A stretch of DNA of 60,706 bases from Dehalococcoidales bacterium (lineage in GTDB: Bacteria; Chloroflexota; Dehalococcoidia; Dehalococcoidales; RBG-16-60-22). The DNA is taken from positions 1-60,706 of the forward strand of contig DAOTYE010000021.1 of assembly GCA_034434915.1 (NCBI GenBank), written 5' to 3'. Made by a program: the position numbers and the translations under genes. Below the pieces are notes generated by a model that was given only the letters and a program-made list of their open reading frames with translations, was not told where the DNA came from and searched no databases. Shown one piece after another: positions 18,748 to 28,853 of the stretch (positions are counted from its first letter, which is position 1; every line of letters starts with the position of its first letter).

Positions 18748-21465
18748 ATGAGCACTCCCTGGTATACCATTAGCCCTGATGAGACCCTGCAAATCCTGCA
18801 ATCAAGACGTGCCGGACTGACGCAGAGTGAAGCCCAGGCGCGCCTGCTCCAGCACGGGCACAACGAGCTGAAAGGCAGAAAGAAAACCCCGCTGGTCATG
18901 GTATTCCTCAGGCAGTTCCTCAGCCCGCTCATTTACGTCCTCCTTGCCGCCGCTATTGTTTCCGCCACAATCCAGCACTTCATAGACGCTACGGTCATCA
19001 TGGTCGCCGTTTTAGTAGGCGTGAGCATTGGTTTTGTTCAGGAGACCCGCGCAGAAAAGGCAATGGAGGCGCTGAGCAAGCTGGCGGCGCCCAAAGCCAA
19101 GGTGAGACGTGACGGCAAGACAATGATTATCCCCGCCCGGGACATTGTCCCCGGGGATGTTCTAATATTGGAGACAGGTGATAAAGTCCCCGCGGATGCC
19201 CGGCTCATTGAAGTCTCCAACCTCAAAGTGAATGAATCAATTCTGACCGGGGAATCTATGCCTGTTGACAAGCACACGGAACCGCTCCACGAAGAGGTGC
19301 CGGTAGCGGAGCGTAAGAACACGGTATTTATGAGCACGACAGTCACCTACGGCAGGGCCACTGCAGTCGCCGTCCGGACAGGCATGGCAACTGAGATAGG
19401 GCGTATCGCCTCTGCCATTCAGGAAATAAAAGTGGAGCAGACCCCACTCCAGAAAGGCATCGCCAAACTCAGCAGGTATCTCGTCATCGTTCTCCTCAGC
19501 ATATGTGCTGTGCTCGCCATCATCGGCATATTCAGAGGGCTTGACCCGGTGGAAGTCTTTCTGCTCACCGTTGCTGCCGCCGTCTCAGCCATTCCTGAGG
19601 GCTTGCCAGCAGTGGTCACGCTTGTCCTGGCGATGGGCATGCGCATGATGGCACACCGCCATGCCCTCGTCCGCAAGCTGGTAGCGGTGGAGACCCTGGG
19701 GGCGGCGACAGTAATCTGCTCAGATAAGACCGGTACGCTGACCATGAATGAGATGACCGCCCAGCGCATTTATCTGGACGGCAGGATGATTGAAGTCTCC
19801 GGTCAGGGCTATGACCCCAGAGGAGAGTTCCGCCGGAATGGGGAGCCAGTAAATCCTTTGAACGACCCGTCATTAGTCCTGGCATTAAGGATAGGGGCGC
19901 TCTGCAATGATTCTCTGCTTACCTGTGAAGACGGTTTCTGCACCATCTTTGGTGACCCCACAGAAGGTGCTCTTGTGGTGCTGGCGACAAAAGCCGGGCT
20001 GAACAAAGAGAAAATGGAGAAGACCTATCCCCGCCTTGATGAAATACCTTTTCAGAGTGAAAAACAATACATGGCGACACTTCATCCACGTGACGGCGGC
20101 AGAGTTGCCTATGTCAAAGGCTCTGTGGAAAAACTGCTCTCAATGAGCAAATCAATCCTCAAAGATGGTCAAGTGCTACCGATGAGCGATGCCGACGCAG
20201 AAGCGATTATGGAGGCAAACCAATCCATGGCAAAGGAAGCGATGCGCGTCATCGCCCTGGCTTATGCTGACTTCCCGTCTGAGCTTGAAGACCTGAAAGA
20301 TGAGGATATCAGGGGGAATTTGACCTTCGTGGGGATGGTGGGGATGGCAGACCAGCCGCGGGAAGAAGCCAGAGACGCCATCAGATTATGCCGGCAGGCA
20401 GGTATCAAAGTCATCATGATTACCGGCGACAATAAAATTACGGCAGAGGCAATCGCCAGCAAACTGGACCTGCCAGCAGGAAAAGCGGTTACCGGCATAG
20501 AACTGGCTAAGATGAGTGATGAAGAGCTTTCCCGTGAAATAGAGCACATCTCTGTTTTTGCCCGCATTGAGCCGCTTCACAAGCTGAGAATTGTCAATGC
20601 CCTCAAGAGTCACGGGCACATCGTGGCGATGACCGGAGATGGCGTCAATGACGCTCCCGCCCTGAAGTCAGCAAACATCGGTGTTGCCATGGGCATCACC
20701 GGCACGGACGTGGCCAAAGAAGCGAGCGACATGATTCTGACTGATGACAACTTCGTCTCAGTCGTTGCCGCAGTAGAAGAAGGGCGGGCAATCTTCAATC
20801 GGCTGAGAAATGTCCTGTTCTTTCTGCTCAGCACTAACATCGGGGAACTTATTGCGCTTATTGCCACCATCGCCGTCATCGGCAAGGCGCCGCTCCTCGC
20901 GGTCCAAATCCTGTGGAATAATCTGGTCACCGGCACCATGGTGACGGCACCACTGGGGCTTGAGCCCAAGTCTGGCGATGAGCTGAAACAGCCGCCACGG
21001 CACCCCGGGGTTGGTCTGCTCTACCGCGGTCTGCTTTACCGCATTGGCTTCCTGTCCACACTCATGGGCATCGGAATCTTCGCGGTATTTGCCTGGGCGC
21101 AGACCCATGTCAGCATTGAAGAAGCGCGCACCATGGCGTTCTGCACCATGGTCACCTTTGAATGGTTCCGTGCTTTTAACGCCCGCTCTGATGAATACAC
21201 TGTTTTCAAGCTGGGACTCTTCCGTAACCGCTGGCTGGTGGCAGCCATCTCCCTGGCAATCATGCTCCAGCTTGCTGTCATCTATCTGCCTTTCTTCCAG
21301 ACAGTTTTCAAAACCGTGCCCCTCAGCCCGGAGCGCTGGGGCATTGTCATTCTGGCGGGGGGCACTCTATTCACCGTGGAGGAACTGCGCAAGCTTCTGT
21401 TCCCCAAGCTCTTCTCCGCCGGCAAGTGGCGCCCGGTCAATAAAAAACAAATAAATAAGCGCTAA
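18748..21465 (+). CDS. P-type IIA-like cation-transporting ATPase
   Basis: [34 protein letters not shown]. Confidence 0.95.
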   Translation: MSTPWYTISPDETLQILQSRRAGLTQSEAQARLLQHGHNELKGRKKTPLVMVFLRQFLSPLIYVLLAAAIVSATIQHFIDATVIMVAVLVGVSIGFVQETRAEKAMEALSKLAAPKAKVRRDGKTMIIPARDIVPGDVLILETGDKVPADARLIEVSNLKVNESILTGESMPVDKHTEPLHEEVPVAERKNTVFMSTTVTYGRATAVAVRTGMATEIGRIASAIQEIKVEQTPLQKGIAKLSRYLVIVLLSICAVLAIIGIFRGLDPVEVFLLTVAAAVSAIPEGLPAVVTLVLAMGMRMMAHRHALVRKLVAVETLGAATVICSDKTGTLTMNEMTAQRIYLDGRMIEVSGQGYDPRGEFRRNGEPVNPLNDPSLVLALRIGALCNDSLLTCEDGFCTIFGDPTEGALVVLATKAGLNKEKMEKTYPRLDEIPFQSEKQYMATLHPRDGGRVAYVKGSVEKLLSMSKSILKDGQVLPMSDADAEAIMEANQSMAKEAMRVIALAYADFPSELEDLKDEDIRGNLTFVGMVGMADQPREEARDAIRLCRQAGIKVIMITGDNKITAEAIASKLDLPAGKAVTGIELAKMSDEELSREIEHISVFARIEPLHKLRIVNALKSHGHIVAMTGDGVNDAPALKSANIGVAMGITGTDVAKEASDMILTDDNFVSVVAAVEEGRAIFNRLRNVLFFLLSTNIGELIALIATIAVIGKAPLLAVQILWNNLVTGTMVTAPLGLEPKSGDELKQPPRHPGVGLLYRGLLYRIGFLSTLMGIGIFAVFAWAQTHVSIEEARTMAFCTMVTFEWFRAFNARSDEYTVFKLGLFRNRWLVAAISLAIMLQLAVIYLPFFQTVFKTVPLSPERWGIVILAGGTLFTVEELRKLLFPKLFSAGKWRPVNKKQINKR

Positions 21466-22062
21466 CTGCGATAGCGTTCTTCTTTCCAGGGGTCGCCACG
21501 GCGGTGATAGCCGTATGACTCCCAGAAACCAAGCTTCTCCTCCGCCATGAACTCAATGCCGCTCACCCATTTGGCGCTCTTCCAGAAGTAAAGACGGGGC
21601 ACCACGAGCCTCACCGGATAGCCATGCTCCGCCGTCAGGGGCTGACCATTATGCGTAACTGCAAAAAGAACATCCTCAGCAAAAAAAATCTTCCACTGAA
21701 AGGTTGGTGGTGAACCCGCCTGCGGCGTGCACCATGATGAAGCGTGCGGCAGGGAGAATCCGGGTGAGTTTTTTGATTTCTTGCGTGCTGACGCCTTCCC
21801 AGACATTGTCCAGCCGCGACCAGCCGGTCACACAGTGAATGTCTGAGATGACCTTAACCCGCGGCAACTTCATGAACTCTTCATAAGTAAGCTTCTTCTG
21901 CGGGTCAACCAGACCGCTGATGGAAAAAGTCCACTTCTTGATGTCAATCACAGGTACTCCGCCATGCTGTAGCACCGGAAAGCGTTCCGTCAGCCTTTGT
22001 CCCGGTGGAACCCTTTCTTTACGATTTGTATCCGGGCTTCTGATTATATTCTGCTCTGACAT
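21462..22062 (-). pseudogene. Sulfite-oxidase-like molybdopterin oxidoreductase split by a +1 frameshift in a T8 run (phase-variable or sequencing error)
   Basis: 5' half R.PPGQ...[13 protein letters not shown] ends ...VEDFFC*. 3' half [29 protein letters not shown] is in another frame. Removing one base of the A8 at 21681-21688 fuses them. Confidence 0.85.
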
Positions 22063-22362
22063 ATCACCTCTCAACACTATAAGATTGCCCGCAACCTCTG
22101 CCAAAAATGAAAAAGAGGGAAACTCCTTGAAAGAGTCTTGACATAGCAGGGAGTGAGGCATGATGACAGGTGAGGTAAGCGGGTTATTACTGAGTGTGAT
22201 GCAGAGTTACTCACTTATTCCTCAAAAACAAATATACCATGCCTGCCGTACGCCGGCAATCCTTCGTTCCCCTTCTGCCTGTGCCCTCTTCCGTTTTGTA
22301 AAGGTGGACAGGTTTATGTTAATATGCTATCATCAACCTGCGAAGGGGGACGTTCCCTCCCA

Positions 22363-22959
22363 ATGATGCATAAACGAGCCAATACCTCCGTGCGCCAGAA
22401 GCAAATAGTGGAAGCCGCCCGGAAGCTCATTATCAAATACGGTAGTGAACACCTGACCGTTAGCAGAATCGCTAAAGAAATACATATTTCAGAAGGCGCC
22501 ATTTACCGCCATTTCAAGAGCAAGAAGGAAATCCTCGCCTTTCTCCTGGAGCACACTGAGACCAATCTTTTAAGCGATTTAGCCTCAGACCAGGTCAAAC
22601 CCCCCGTTACTCTTACGACCATCAGTGACATCCTCAAAAACCATCTCGCCGCAATTGAGCAAAGACACGGTAGTTCCTTTCAAGTCATCGCCGAAATTGT
22701 CAGCTTCGGCGACCGCAAGCTGAACCGGAAAGCGCTGGAAATCATAAACAACTACTTGACCCAGCTTGAGAGCCTGCTGTCTGCCGGGGTAAAATCAGGA
22801 ACGGTAAGAGGTGATATCAACCCGCGGGCAACCGCCGTGATTATCTTCGGCATGATGAGCAGTCTGGTCAACCTGTGGGCGCTGAGCGACTATAAATTCA
22901 AACTGCAGGATGAGTATCTGCCGCTCTGGAATAGCCTGCGCCGGGCGATAGAAAAGTAG
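22363..22959 (+). CDS. TetR/AcrR family transcriptional regulator
   Basis: RQKQIVEAA..LI...G....TV..IA....ISEGAIYRHF.SK. ORF track start is 22324. Confidence 0.93.
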   Translation: MMHKRANTSVRQKQIVEAARKLIIKYGSEHLTVSRIAKEIHISEGAIYRHFKSKKEILAFLLEHTETNLLSDLASDQVKPPVTLTTISDILKNHLAAIEQRHGSSFQVIAEIVSFGDRKLNRKALEIINNYLTQLESLLSAGVKSGTVRGDINPRATAVIIFGMMSSLVNLWALSDYKFKLQDEYLPLWNSLRRAIEK

Positions 22960-22977
22960 CCTGAGGGCACTAAAGCT

Positions 22978-23121
22978 ATGCCATTTATGCGCGCTTTCTT
23001 CACCAATATGTCAGCCCGGATGCCTCTCCGCCGCAAACTGTACCTTGTTCTCCGCAATAACATGATTAAGCTCATCAAGCACCAGAGCTGTTGCGGACAT
23101 CCGGGGGAGCCGGGTTGCTGA
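22978..23121 (+). CDS. Small 47-aa basic protein with C-terminal CCGHPGEPGC motif
   Basis: MPFMRAFFTNMSARMPLRRKLYLVLRNNMIKLIKHQSCCGHPGEPGC*. GAGGG upstream; fills the tetR-GGCT gap; below the ORF-track cutoff. Confidence 0.65.
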   Translation: MPFMRAFFTNMSARMPLRRKLYLVLRNNMIKLIKHQSCCGHPGEPGC

Positions 23122-23168
23122 CAGTCTGCGCCCACACCTCCCGGTGCCGGAGGTGCTGAAAAAAGCAA

Positions 23169-23570
23169 ATGAACTACTTTGCCTACGGTGCGAACCTGAA
23201 TAAAAAGGTGATGCAGGAACACTGTCCGGACAGCAAACCGCTTTTCACCGCCGTCCTGCCCAACTACAAGCTCGTCTTCGTTGGCTGGTCACGCCAGTGG
23301 AAAGGCGGCATTGCCAGTATCAAAGCTTCACGCGGTGACCGCGTCCGCGGTGCCATTTACCAGATTACGGACAGGTGCCTGGCGCGGCTGGACCAGCATG
23401 AAGGTTACCCCAGCCAGTACAACCGGCTGAAAGTGATTGTCTTCGGGGAAGACAGCGAACCCATTGAAGCAATTACCTATATCAAAGCCGGTCAGATTGA
23501 GGAGAGCAAGCCGTCACCGGAATACCTGGCAATCATCCAGCAGGGCCTGCGCGATTGGAGATTGTTCTGA
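23169..23570 (+). CDS. Gamma-glutamylcyclotransferase (AIG2-like) family protein
   Basis: YFAYGANL, LD..EGYP..Y.R, PS.EYL. Confidence 0.92.
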   Translation: MNYFAYGANLNKKVMQEHCPDSKPLFTAVLPNYKLVFVGWSRQWKGGIASIKASRGDRVRGAIYQITDRCLARLDQHEGYPSQYNRLKVIVFGEDSEPIEAITYIKAGQIEESKPSPEYLAIIQQGLRDWRLF

Positions 23571-24184
23571 TGACTGCCACCAGCGTCCTGCTCGCCCGCC
23601 ACGGGCAGACTGATTCCAATATCAAAGGCTTTTACATGGGCTGGTCCAATGAAGGATTGAATGAAGCCGGACTCGCCCAGGCGCGCGAGCTGGCGCATAG
23701 ACTAGCCACAGTGCAGATTGATGCCATCTATACCAGCCCACTCAAAAGAGCCTATACCACCGCCACTATCGCCGCTGAGGCGCATAAGCTTGAGGTGAAC
23801 GTCATAAACGACCTTATTGAGGTGAAGCTGGGAGTATGGGAGGGACTGCATATTGATGAGATTGCCCGTGGCTGGCCCGAACTCTGGCGCGAGTGGCGCA
23901 CCGACCCCACCAATGTGGTCATCCCGCAGGGAGAAAGCTTCAAGCAGGTCTATGAGCGGGCGGTGCACACGCTTACCTCTCTGGCTTCTGCCAATGAGGG
24001 AAAGCAGATTCTCATCGTCACTCATGAAATCATCGTCAAAATTGCCGCCATTTATGCGCTGGGCGCACCCACCAGCATCTACCGGCGCTTTGACCTGAGC
24101 AATGCCTCGCTCACCAGAGTCAATGTTACTGAAGGCAAAGCCCGCCTCATCATGCTAAATGACACCTCCCATCTGGAGCTTTAG
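23570..24184 (+). CDS. Histidine phosphatase family (PGM/CobC-like)
   Basis: RHG.T..N, SPL.RA..T, E...G.WEG, GES, VTH, N...L; TGATG overlap with the upstream gene. Confidence 0.92.
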   Translation: MTATSVLLARHGQTDSNIKGFYMGWSNEGLNEAGLAQARELAHRLATVQIDAIYTSPLKRAYTTATIAAEAHKLEVNVINDLIEVKLGVWEGLHIDEIARGWPELWREWRTDPTNVVIPQGESFKQVYERAVHTLTSLASANEGKQILIVTHEIIVKIAAIYALGAPTSIYRRFDLSNASLTRVNVTEGKARLIMLNDTSHLEL

Positions 24185-24192
24185 CGCTGGTG

Positions 24193-24960
24193 TCAGGCAG
24201 GCAGATTGAAAAACAGCCGCGCATTGGCAGTAGTGATTTCCGCCAGCTGAGCTTCAGTTATCCCTTTAACGGCGGCGGCGCCGGCTAGCGTGCGCCGGAG
24301 GTGGGCAGGGCGGGATTCAAACTCGTGGTCTGTCCCGCGACCGTATACCACTGGCGCATCAGTCTCTAAAAGAAGTCTGTCCGGAGGGATTTCCTTCACC
24401 GCCCGCCGGTGCTCTGGGTGGTACTCCACCGCCGGCGTTGCCGAAATATAATAGCCCAGACCCACAATGTTTCTGAGCACGCTTGAGGTGCCGGCATACC
24501 AGTGAAAGACCGCCCTTTTTACCCGCGCCGTTTCCACCAGAGTGAGTGAGTCTTGCCAGGCATACCGCGAATGGACAAGGGCAGGTTTATCATGCGCCCT
24601 GGCGAGCTCCAGCAGTGCCCGCAAGACGTGCTTCTGGACATCTTTGTCCGCCCCCTCTCTCACCTTTTTATGGTAGTCCAGCCCGATTTCTCCGATGGCA
24701 ACGGCTTCTGCGATATGAGAGCTTATGAATTCCAGATTGCTGTCAATCTCAGCCGGCTGAATATTGTAAGGATGATACCCCAGGGCGGGGTAAACATATC
24801 CCGGATACGCCTGCGCTATGGAGAGGATGCGCTCATTAGATTTCAGGTCAGACCCCACAGCGATAATCGCTACTACCCCTGCCGCCTTTGCTTCAGCAAC
24901 CGCCCGGGATACATCGCTAATCTCTTCCATGTGGGCATGGGTATCAATCAGGGTATACAT
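24193..24960 (-). CDS. tatD: TatD family hydrolase
   Basis: DTHAH, G.HP, GEIGLDY, VHSR, FHWY, LLETDAP. ORF track start is 24984. Confidence 0.9.
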   Translation of the reverse strand: MYTLIDTHAHMEEISDVSRAVAEAKAAGVVAIIAVGSDLKSNERILSIAQAYPGYVYPALGYHPYNIQPAEIDSNLEFISSHIAEAVAIGEIGLDYHKKVREGADKDVQKHVLRALLELARAHDKPALVHSRYAWQDSLTLVETARVKRAVFHWYAGTSSVLRNIVGLGYYISATPAVEYHPEHRRAVKEIPPDRLLLETDAPVVYGRGTDHEFESRPAHLRRTLAGAAAVKGITEAQLAEITTANARLFFNLPA

Positions 24961-24977
24961 GTTTATCCTGCAATCCT

Positions 24978-25045
24978 TTACCACTCAGGTTACCCTTATC
25001 TTCTGCCTCTGTTACCACTCAGGTTACCCTTATCTTCTGCCTCTG
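24978..25045. repeat. Perfect 34-bp tandem duplication
   Basis: TTACCACTCAGGTTACCCTTATCTTCTGCCTCTG at 24978-25011 and 25012-25045, with no spacer. Confidence 0.97.
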
Positions 25046-25320
25046 TCAATAATCGCCCGCAAGACATTCTTACCGTCCCTGAGCTGGACGCCTTATTCAT
25101 TGGTCGCCATGCCCTGTCATTAAACCTTGGTATTCCCGGGCAGGGTGATAATCCTGAAATTCAGCATGCCGTAGATAAGGCGATTAAAGAGGGCAAATCT
25201 GCCGGCAGGGCGGTGGGAGGCGGGGCAATCAATGCGGGAGACCCTGCCAGCGTCCGGGAGTTCATCAAGCAGGGAGCTCAGTTCTTCAGCCTGACCGCCA
25301 CCTCACCGTTAAGAATTTAA
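25046..25320 (+). pseudogene. 5'-truncated remnant of an HpcH/HpaI aldolase
   Basis: VNN.PQDILTVPELDALFIG...LSLNLGIPGQ..NPEIQ.A...AIK.GK.AG resembles the HpcH C-terminal half; no start or N-terminal half present. Confidence 0.75.
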
Positions 25321-25394
25321 GAAATGCCACGGCACGCCGAGCGAGATTAAGCAGGATTTGCCTGCATTGCCCAAAAAGTTTGGTACACCTGGAG

Positions 25395-26759
25395 CTATCG
25401 GACTTGAGGCGCCTGCCCGATGAGCTCAGGCCACAGCTCCTCAATGTGCGGCTTGAGCTCTGTCAGTGTATCTTCCACGGCTTTAACCGCAGTATTGATT
25501 TCCTTTTGGGTCATCGGCGTGGACATGACGTAAAGCCCGCGTGAAGCGGAGAAGATGCCTCTCTCCAGCATCGCCAGGTAGTAGAGGTGGAGCAGGTCTT
25601 TGTTCGCCTCACGTGCTGATTTGCCATCAATTACCGGCTTATCGCTGAAGTGGACGTTCTGGAGCGAGCCGATGCCGGTCACCTGCCCTTTGATGTTCAG
25701 CTTCCGGAAGACGCCGCGCACGCCCTCGGCAAAGGACTCGCCCAGCTTATTGATATAGTCAATGACCTCCGGGCTGAGCTGTTCCAGGGTCGCCACGCCA
25801 GCGGTGGCGGTGATGGGGTTGGCATTCAGAGTGCCAGCATGGTAGACCTTGCGCACCTGCGGTGAAAGCTGTTGCATGATTTCCTCACTGCCGCCAAACG
25901 CGCCGACAGGATAGCCGCCGCCGATGATTTTCGCCATAGTGGTGAGGTCTGGCTTTATCTTGTAGAGCGCGGCAACTCCGCCCCAGGCTAACCTGAGGCT
26001 GATGACCTCGTCAAGGATAAAAAGGACGCCGTGCTGGCTGGTTACCTTGCGCAGAAATTCAAGGTAGCCATCCCTGGGCGGAATCATGCCCCCCGCACCC
26101 ATCGCCCCCTCCACAATCACCGCCGCCAGCTTGTCCTTGTGTTTCACTATCGCCTCTTCCGCCGCTGTTTTATCATTGAAGGGCACGATGATGGAGTCTT
26201 TCTGAGCACTCTTTGAGATGCCGGAGGCATTTGAGGGGAAAACCACCGGGTCATAGCTACCGTGGTAACAGCCGTCCGTCTTCAATATCAAATCTTTGCC
26301 GGTGATGCTGCGGGCAACCCGGATAGCCATCATCACCGCCTCCGTGCCGGAGTTGGTGAAGCGGACCTTATCAATGGATTTCACCATGTTGCAGACCAGT
26401 TCAGACCAGCGCACGACGGTGGGGATAAGCGCTCCCAGTGCGGTACCTCTGGCGCATTGTTCTCTCACTGCCGCCACCACTTTGGGATTGGCATGTCCCA
26501 GAATCATGGTGGTATAGCAATTGTGCATATCAAGGTACTGGTTGCCGTCAACGTCAGTAAAGTGGCAGCCTTTCGCTTCCTGAATCCAGAAAGGATAAGG
26601 TTCAAACCAGATGCTGGTGCGGGTGTCTCCGCCGGGCATGAACTTTTCCGCTTTCTTCAGCACCGCCAACGATTTCTTCGTCCTCTTGCGATAGGTGTCC
26701 TCATATTTTCTGGTCACCTCTGTCAGTAGCTTCTGCCTGTCCGTGCCTTTTAGTACCAT
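25395..26759 (-). CDS. Class III aminotransferase, glutamate-1-semialdehyde aminomutase-like
   Basis: PGGDTR, DVDGN.YLD, RFTNSGTEA, GCYHG, LDEV, PDLTTMAKIIGGGYPVGAFGG, GTLNANP. Confidence 0.9.
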   Translation of the reverse strand: MVLKGTDRQKLLTEVTRKYEDTYRKRTKKSLAVLKKAEKFMPGGDTRTSIWFEPYPFWIQEAKGCHFTDVDGNQYLDMHNCYTTMILGHANPKVVAAVREQCARGTALGALIPTVVRWSELVCNMVKSIDKVRFTNSGTEAVMMAIRVARSITGKDLILKTDGCYHGSYDPVVFPSNASGISKSAQKDSIIVPFNDKTAAEEAIVKHKDKLAAVIVEGAMGAGGMIPPRDGYLEFLRKVTSQHGVLFILDEVISLRLAWGGVAALYKIKPDLTTMAKIIGGGYPVGAFGGSEEIMQQLSPQVRKVYHAGTLNANPITATAGVATLEQLSPEVIDYINKLGESFAEGVRGVFRKLNIKGQVTGIGSLQNVHFSDKPVIDGKSAREANKDLLHLYYLAMLERGIFSASRGLYVMSTPMTQKEINTAVKAVEDTLTELKPHIEELWPELIGQAPQVR

Positions 26760-26907
26760 CTTTATTGCTCCTTAATCTTCTTCCGCCATTATGCTGAGGT
26801 CTGCTCCATTATAGTCTTATAGCAGGCGGGTGACAAGTGCGTCATTGACAGGCAGTAGGGCGAAAGATTATCATGTTTTATCCTGAAATTATCACCGAGG
26901 AGGTTCC

Positions 26908-27477
26908 ATGTTCAAAGACCTAGTCCTGAAAAATCGCAGTTACCGTCGCTTTTATGAAGAGTTTGCCATTAAGCCGGAAACACTCCGCGAGCTGGTTGAC
27001 CTAGCGCGCCTCTCCGCCTCCGGAGCAAACCGCCAGCCGCTGAAGTATATCCTCTCCTCTGACCCGCAGAAAAATGCCCTCATCTTCCCCGCTCTGACCT
27101 GGGCTGCTCAGCTCAAGGACTGGGGCGGACCCAAAGAAGGGGAAAGACCCTCTGCCTACATCATCATCCTCGGGGACACAGAAATCAGCCCCACGGCTAA
27201 CATTGACCATGGCATCGCCGCGCAGAGCATCATGCTGGGAGCAACGGAGAAAGGTCTGGGCGGCTGTATGATTGCGTCAATCAAGAAAGATATGCTGAGA
27301 GACGCACTGAAGATACCGTCACGCTACGAGATTCTGCTCGTGCTCGCCCTGGGGAAACCCAAGGAAAAAGTGGTCATTGAGCCGATCAAGCCAGATGGTG
27401 ACACCAAGTACTGGCGTGATAGTGAGGGCATCCACCACGTTCCCAAACGCGCCCTAGAAGATATTATCATCGGCTGA
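26908..27477 (+). CDS. Nitroreductase family protein
   Basis: RSYRRF, SASGANRQP, D.GIAAQ.IML.A.E.GLGGC, LGKP, VPKR. Confidence 0.93.
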   Translation: MFKDLVLKNRSYRRFYEEFAIKPETLRELVDLARLSASGANRQPLKYILSSDPQKNALIFPALTWAAQLKDWGGPKEGERPSAYIIILGDTEISPTANIDHGIAAQSIMLGATEKGLGGCMIASIKKDMLRDALKIPSRYEILLVLALGKPKEKVVIEPIKPDGDTKYWRDSEGIHHVPKRALEDIIIG

Positions 27478-27479
27478 GG

Positions 27480-28043
27480 CTACAAGCCGATACGGTCAGC
27501 CACTTCACGCATCCCCATAATGGCATCGGTGATGAGGTCGGTCAGCGGGACGCCGAGCATGGCGGCGCCTTTTTCAATAATACCCCTATTGACCCCGGCG
27601 GCGAACGTTTTGTCCTTCCACTTTTTCATCACTGACTTCGTTTCAAGGTCTTTCACCGAGCGTGACGGGCGGACCAGAGCACAGGCAGTAATCAGCCCGG
27701 AAAGCTCATCCACAGTATAGAGGATTTTCTCCATGTCTGACTTTGGCTCAATGTCCGTGCAGATGCCCCACCCGTGTGAGGCGATGGCGTGAATATAGTC
27801 CTCGGGCCAGTCCCGCTGAGCTAAAATCTCTGGTGCTTTCTTGCAGTGCTGGTCAGGGAAACGTTCGTAGTCAATATCGTGTACCAGCCCGATGATGCCC
27901 CACTTTTCCTCATCCTCCCCCTTCTTGCGCGCCATATAGCGCATCACACCTTCTACGGCATAACCGTGTTTGCGCAGGCTCTCGCTCTGATTGAACTCAT
28001 GGAAAAGCGCCAGTGCTTCTTCATACGTTGGCTGGTGTGGCAT
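27480..28043 (-). CDS. HDIG-type HD-domain phosphohydrolase
   Basis: LRKH..AVE..M, GLVHDIDYE, DELSGLI.A.ALVRP, K.FAAGV.R. AAAGGAGG RBS before 28043; ORF track start is 28112. Confidence 0.9.
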   Translation of the reverse strand: MPHQPTYEEALALFHEFNQSESLRKHGYAVEGVMRYMARKKGEDEEKWGIIGLVHDIDYERFPDQHCKKAPEILAQRDWPEDYIHAIASHGWGICTDIEPKSDMEKILYTVDELSGLITACALVRPSRSVKDLETKSVMKKWKDKTFAAGVNRGIIEKGAAMLGVPLTDLITDAIMGMREVADRIGL

Positions 28044-28053
28044 AGTTCCTCCT

Positions 28054-28851
28054 TTATAAAGACAGCAATCTGTCAATCGCCTTAGCACAGTTATCATCTG
28101 AGCCATCATCAATGACCCAATCCGCCGCCGCCTTCACCTCCTCCGGCGCATCTCCAAGGGCAATCGCCAGCCCCGCCCATTTGAACATGCTGACGTCATT
28201 GGGACCATCGCCGATGGCTACCGTCTCCTCTTGAGCAATGCCGAGAACGCCCGCCAGATACTTGAGGGCATTCCCTTTGCCTGATTCCGGACTGCCGATT
28301 TCACAGAACATAGAGTGCACCTCGGTCACCGTCAGACGGTCGCCGAAATAGCTCTTAAGGTGCGCGGCAACGCGGTCAATTTCCTCAGCCGTGCCGCGGG
28401 CGGCAATCTCAGTGGGCTGATAGCGGAGCACCTGAAACAGGTCTTTCACCAGGTTCAGCTTGACGAAGTTGCGGCTGGCATACCACTCATCTTTTTCATG
28501 TATTTCCTCAACATACATCTCGTCATTAATAAATACATACTTGTGCACGCCAATTTTCCGCACCTGCTCCACAACCTCTTTTGCCAGCGTTAACGGCAGA
28601 GGCTTATGCCAGAGAATCTTCTTCTCATGAGGCTCACGGATGAGGGCTCCCTGATAGCAGATGAGCGGCGCAGAAAGCCCCAGCTCCTGAGCAAACCGGT
28701 TGCTGGGACGGTACATCCGCCCCGTCGCCAGGGTAACCATCATCCCCTTTGCCATAGCGCGGGCGATTGCTTCTCTGGCGCTGGGGATAATCAGGCCGTC
28801 TTTATTGACCGCGGTGCCATCCAAATCAATGGCAACTAGTTTATATTTCAT
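28054..28851 (-). CDS. Cof-type HAD-IIB family hydrolase
   Basis: DLDGT, ATGR, KGNAL, GDGPND..M. Confidence 0.93.
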   Translation of the reverse strand: MKYKLVAIDLDGTAVNKDGLIIPSAREAIARAMAKGMMVTLATGRMYRPSNRFAQELGLSAPLICYQGALIREPHEKKILWHKPLPLTLAKEVVEQVRKIGVHKYVFINDEMYVEEIHEKDEWYASRNFVKLNLVKDLFQVLRYQPTEIAARGTAEEIDRVAAHLKSYFGDRLTVTEVHSMFCEIGSPESGKGNALKYLAGVLGIAQEETVAIGDGPNDVSMFKWAGLAIALGDAPEEVKAAADWVIDDGSDDNCAKAIDRLLSL

Positions 28852-28853
28852 AG

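Noticed and set aside
21462-21806. 114-aa ORF as an independent gene
   Set aside because: Its first ~45 aa are off-frame sequence; the rest is the 3' half of the frameshifted molybdo-enzyme
22160-22366. 68-aa ORF and a possible TetR operator in the 22063-22362 intergenic region
   Set aside because: No protein motif; GAGT/ACTC half-sites are present but I could not define a convincing palindrome
24978-25045. 34-bp repeat as a CRISPR array
   Set aside because: Only two copies, no spacer, no palindromic structure and no cas genes
24553-25045. 5' part of the 255-aa ORF 24553..25320
   Set aside because: Antisense shadow of tatD plus read-through of the duplication; only the part after about 25046 resembles a protein family
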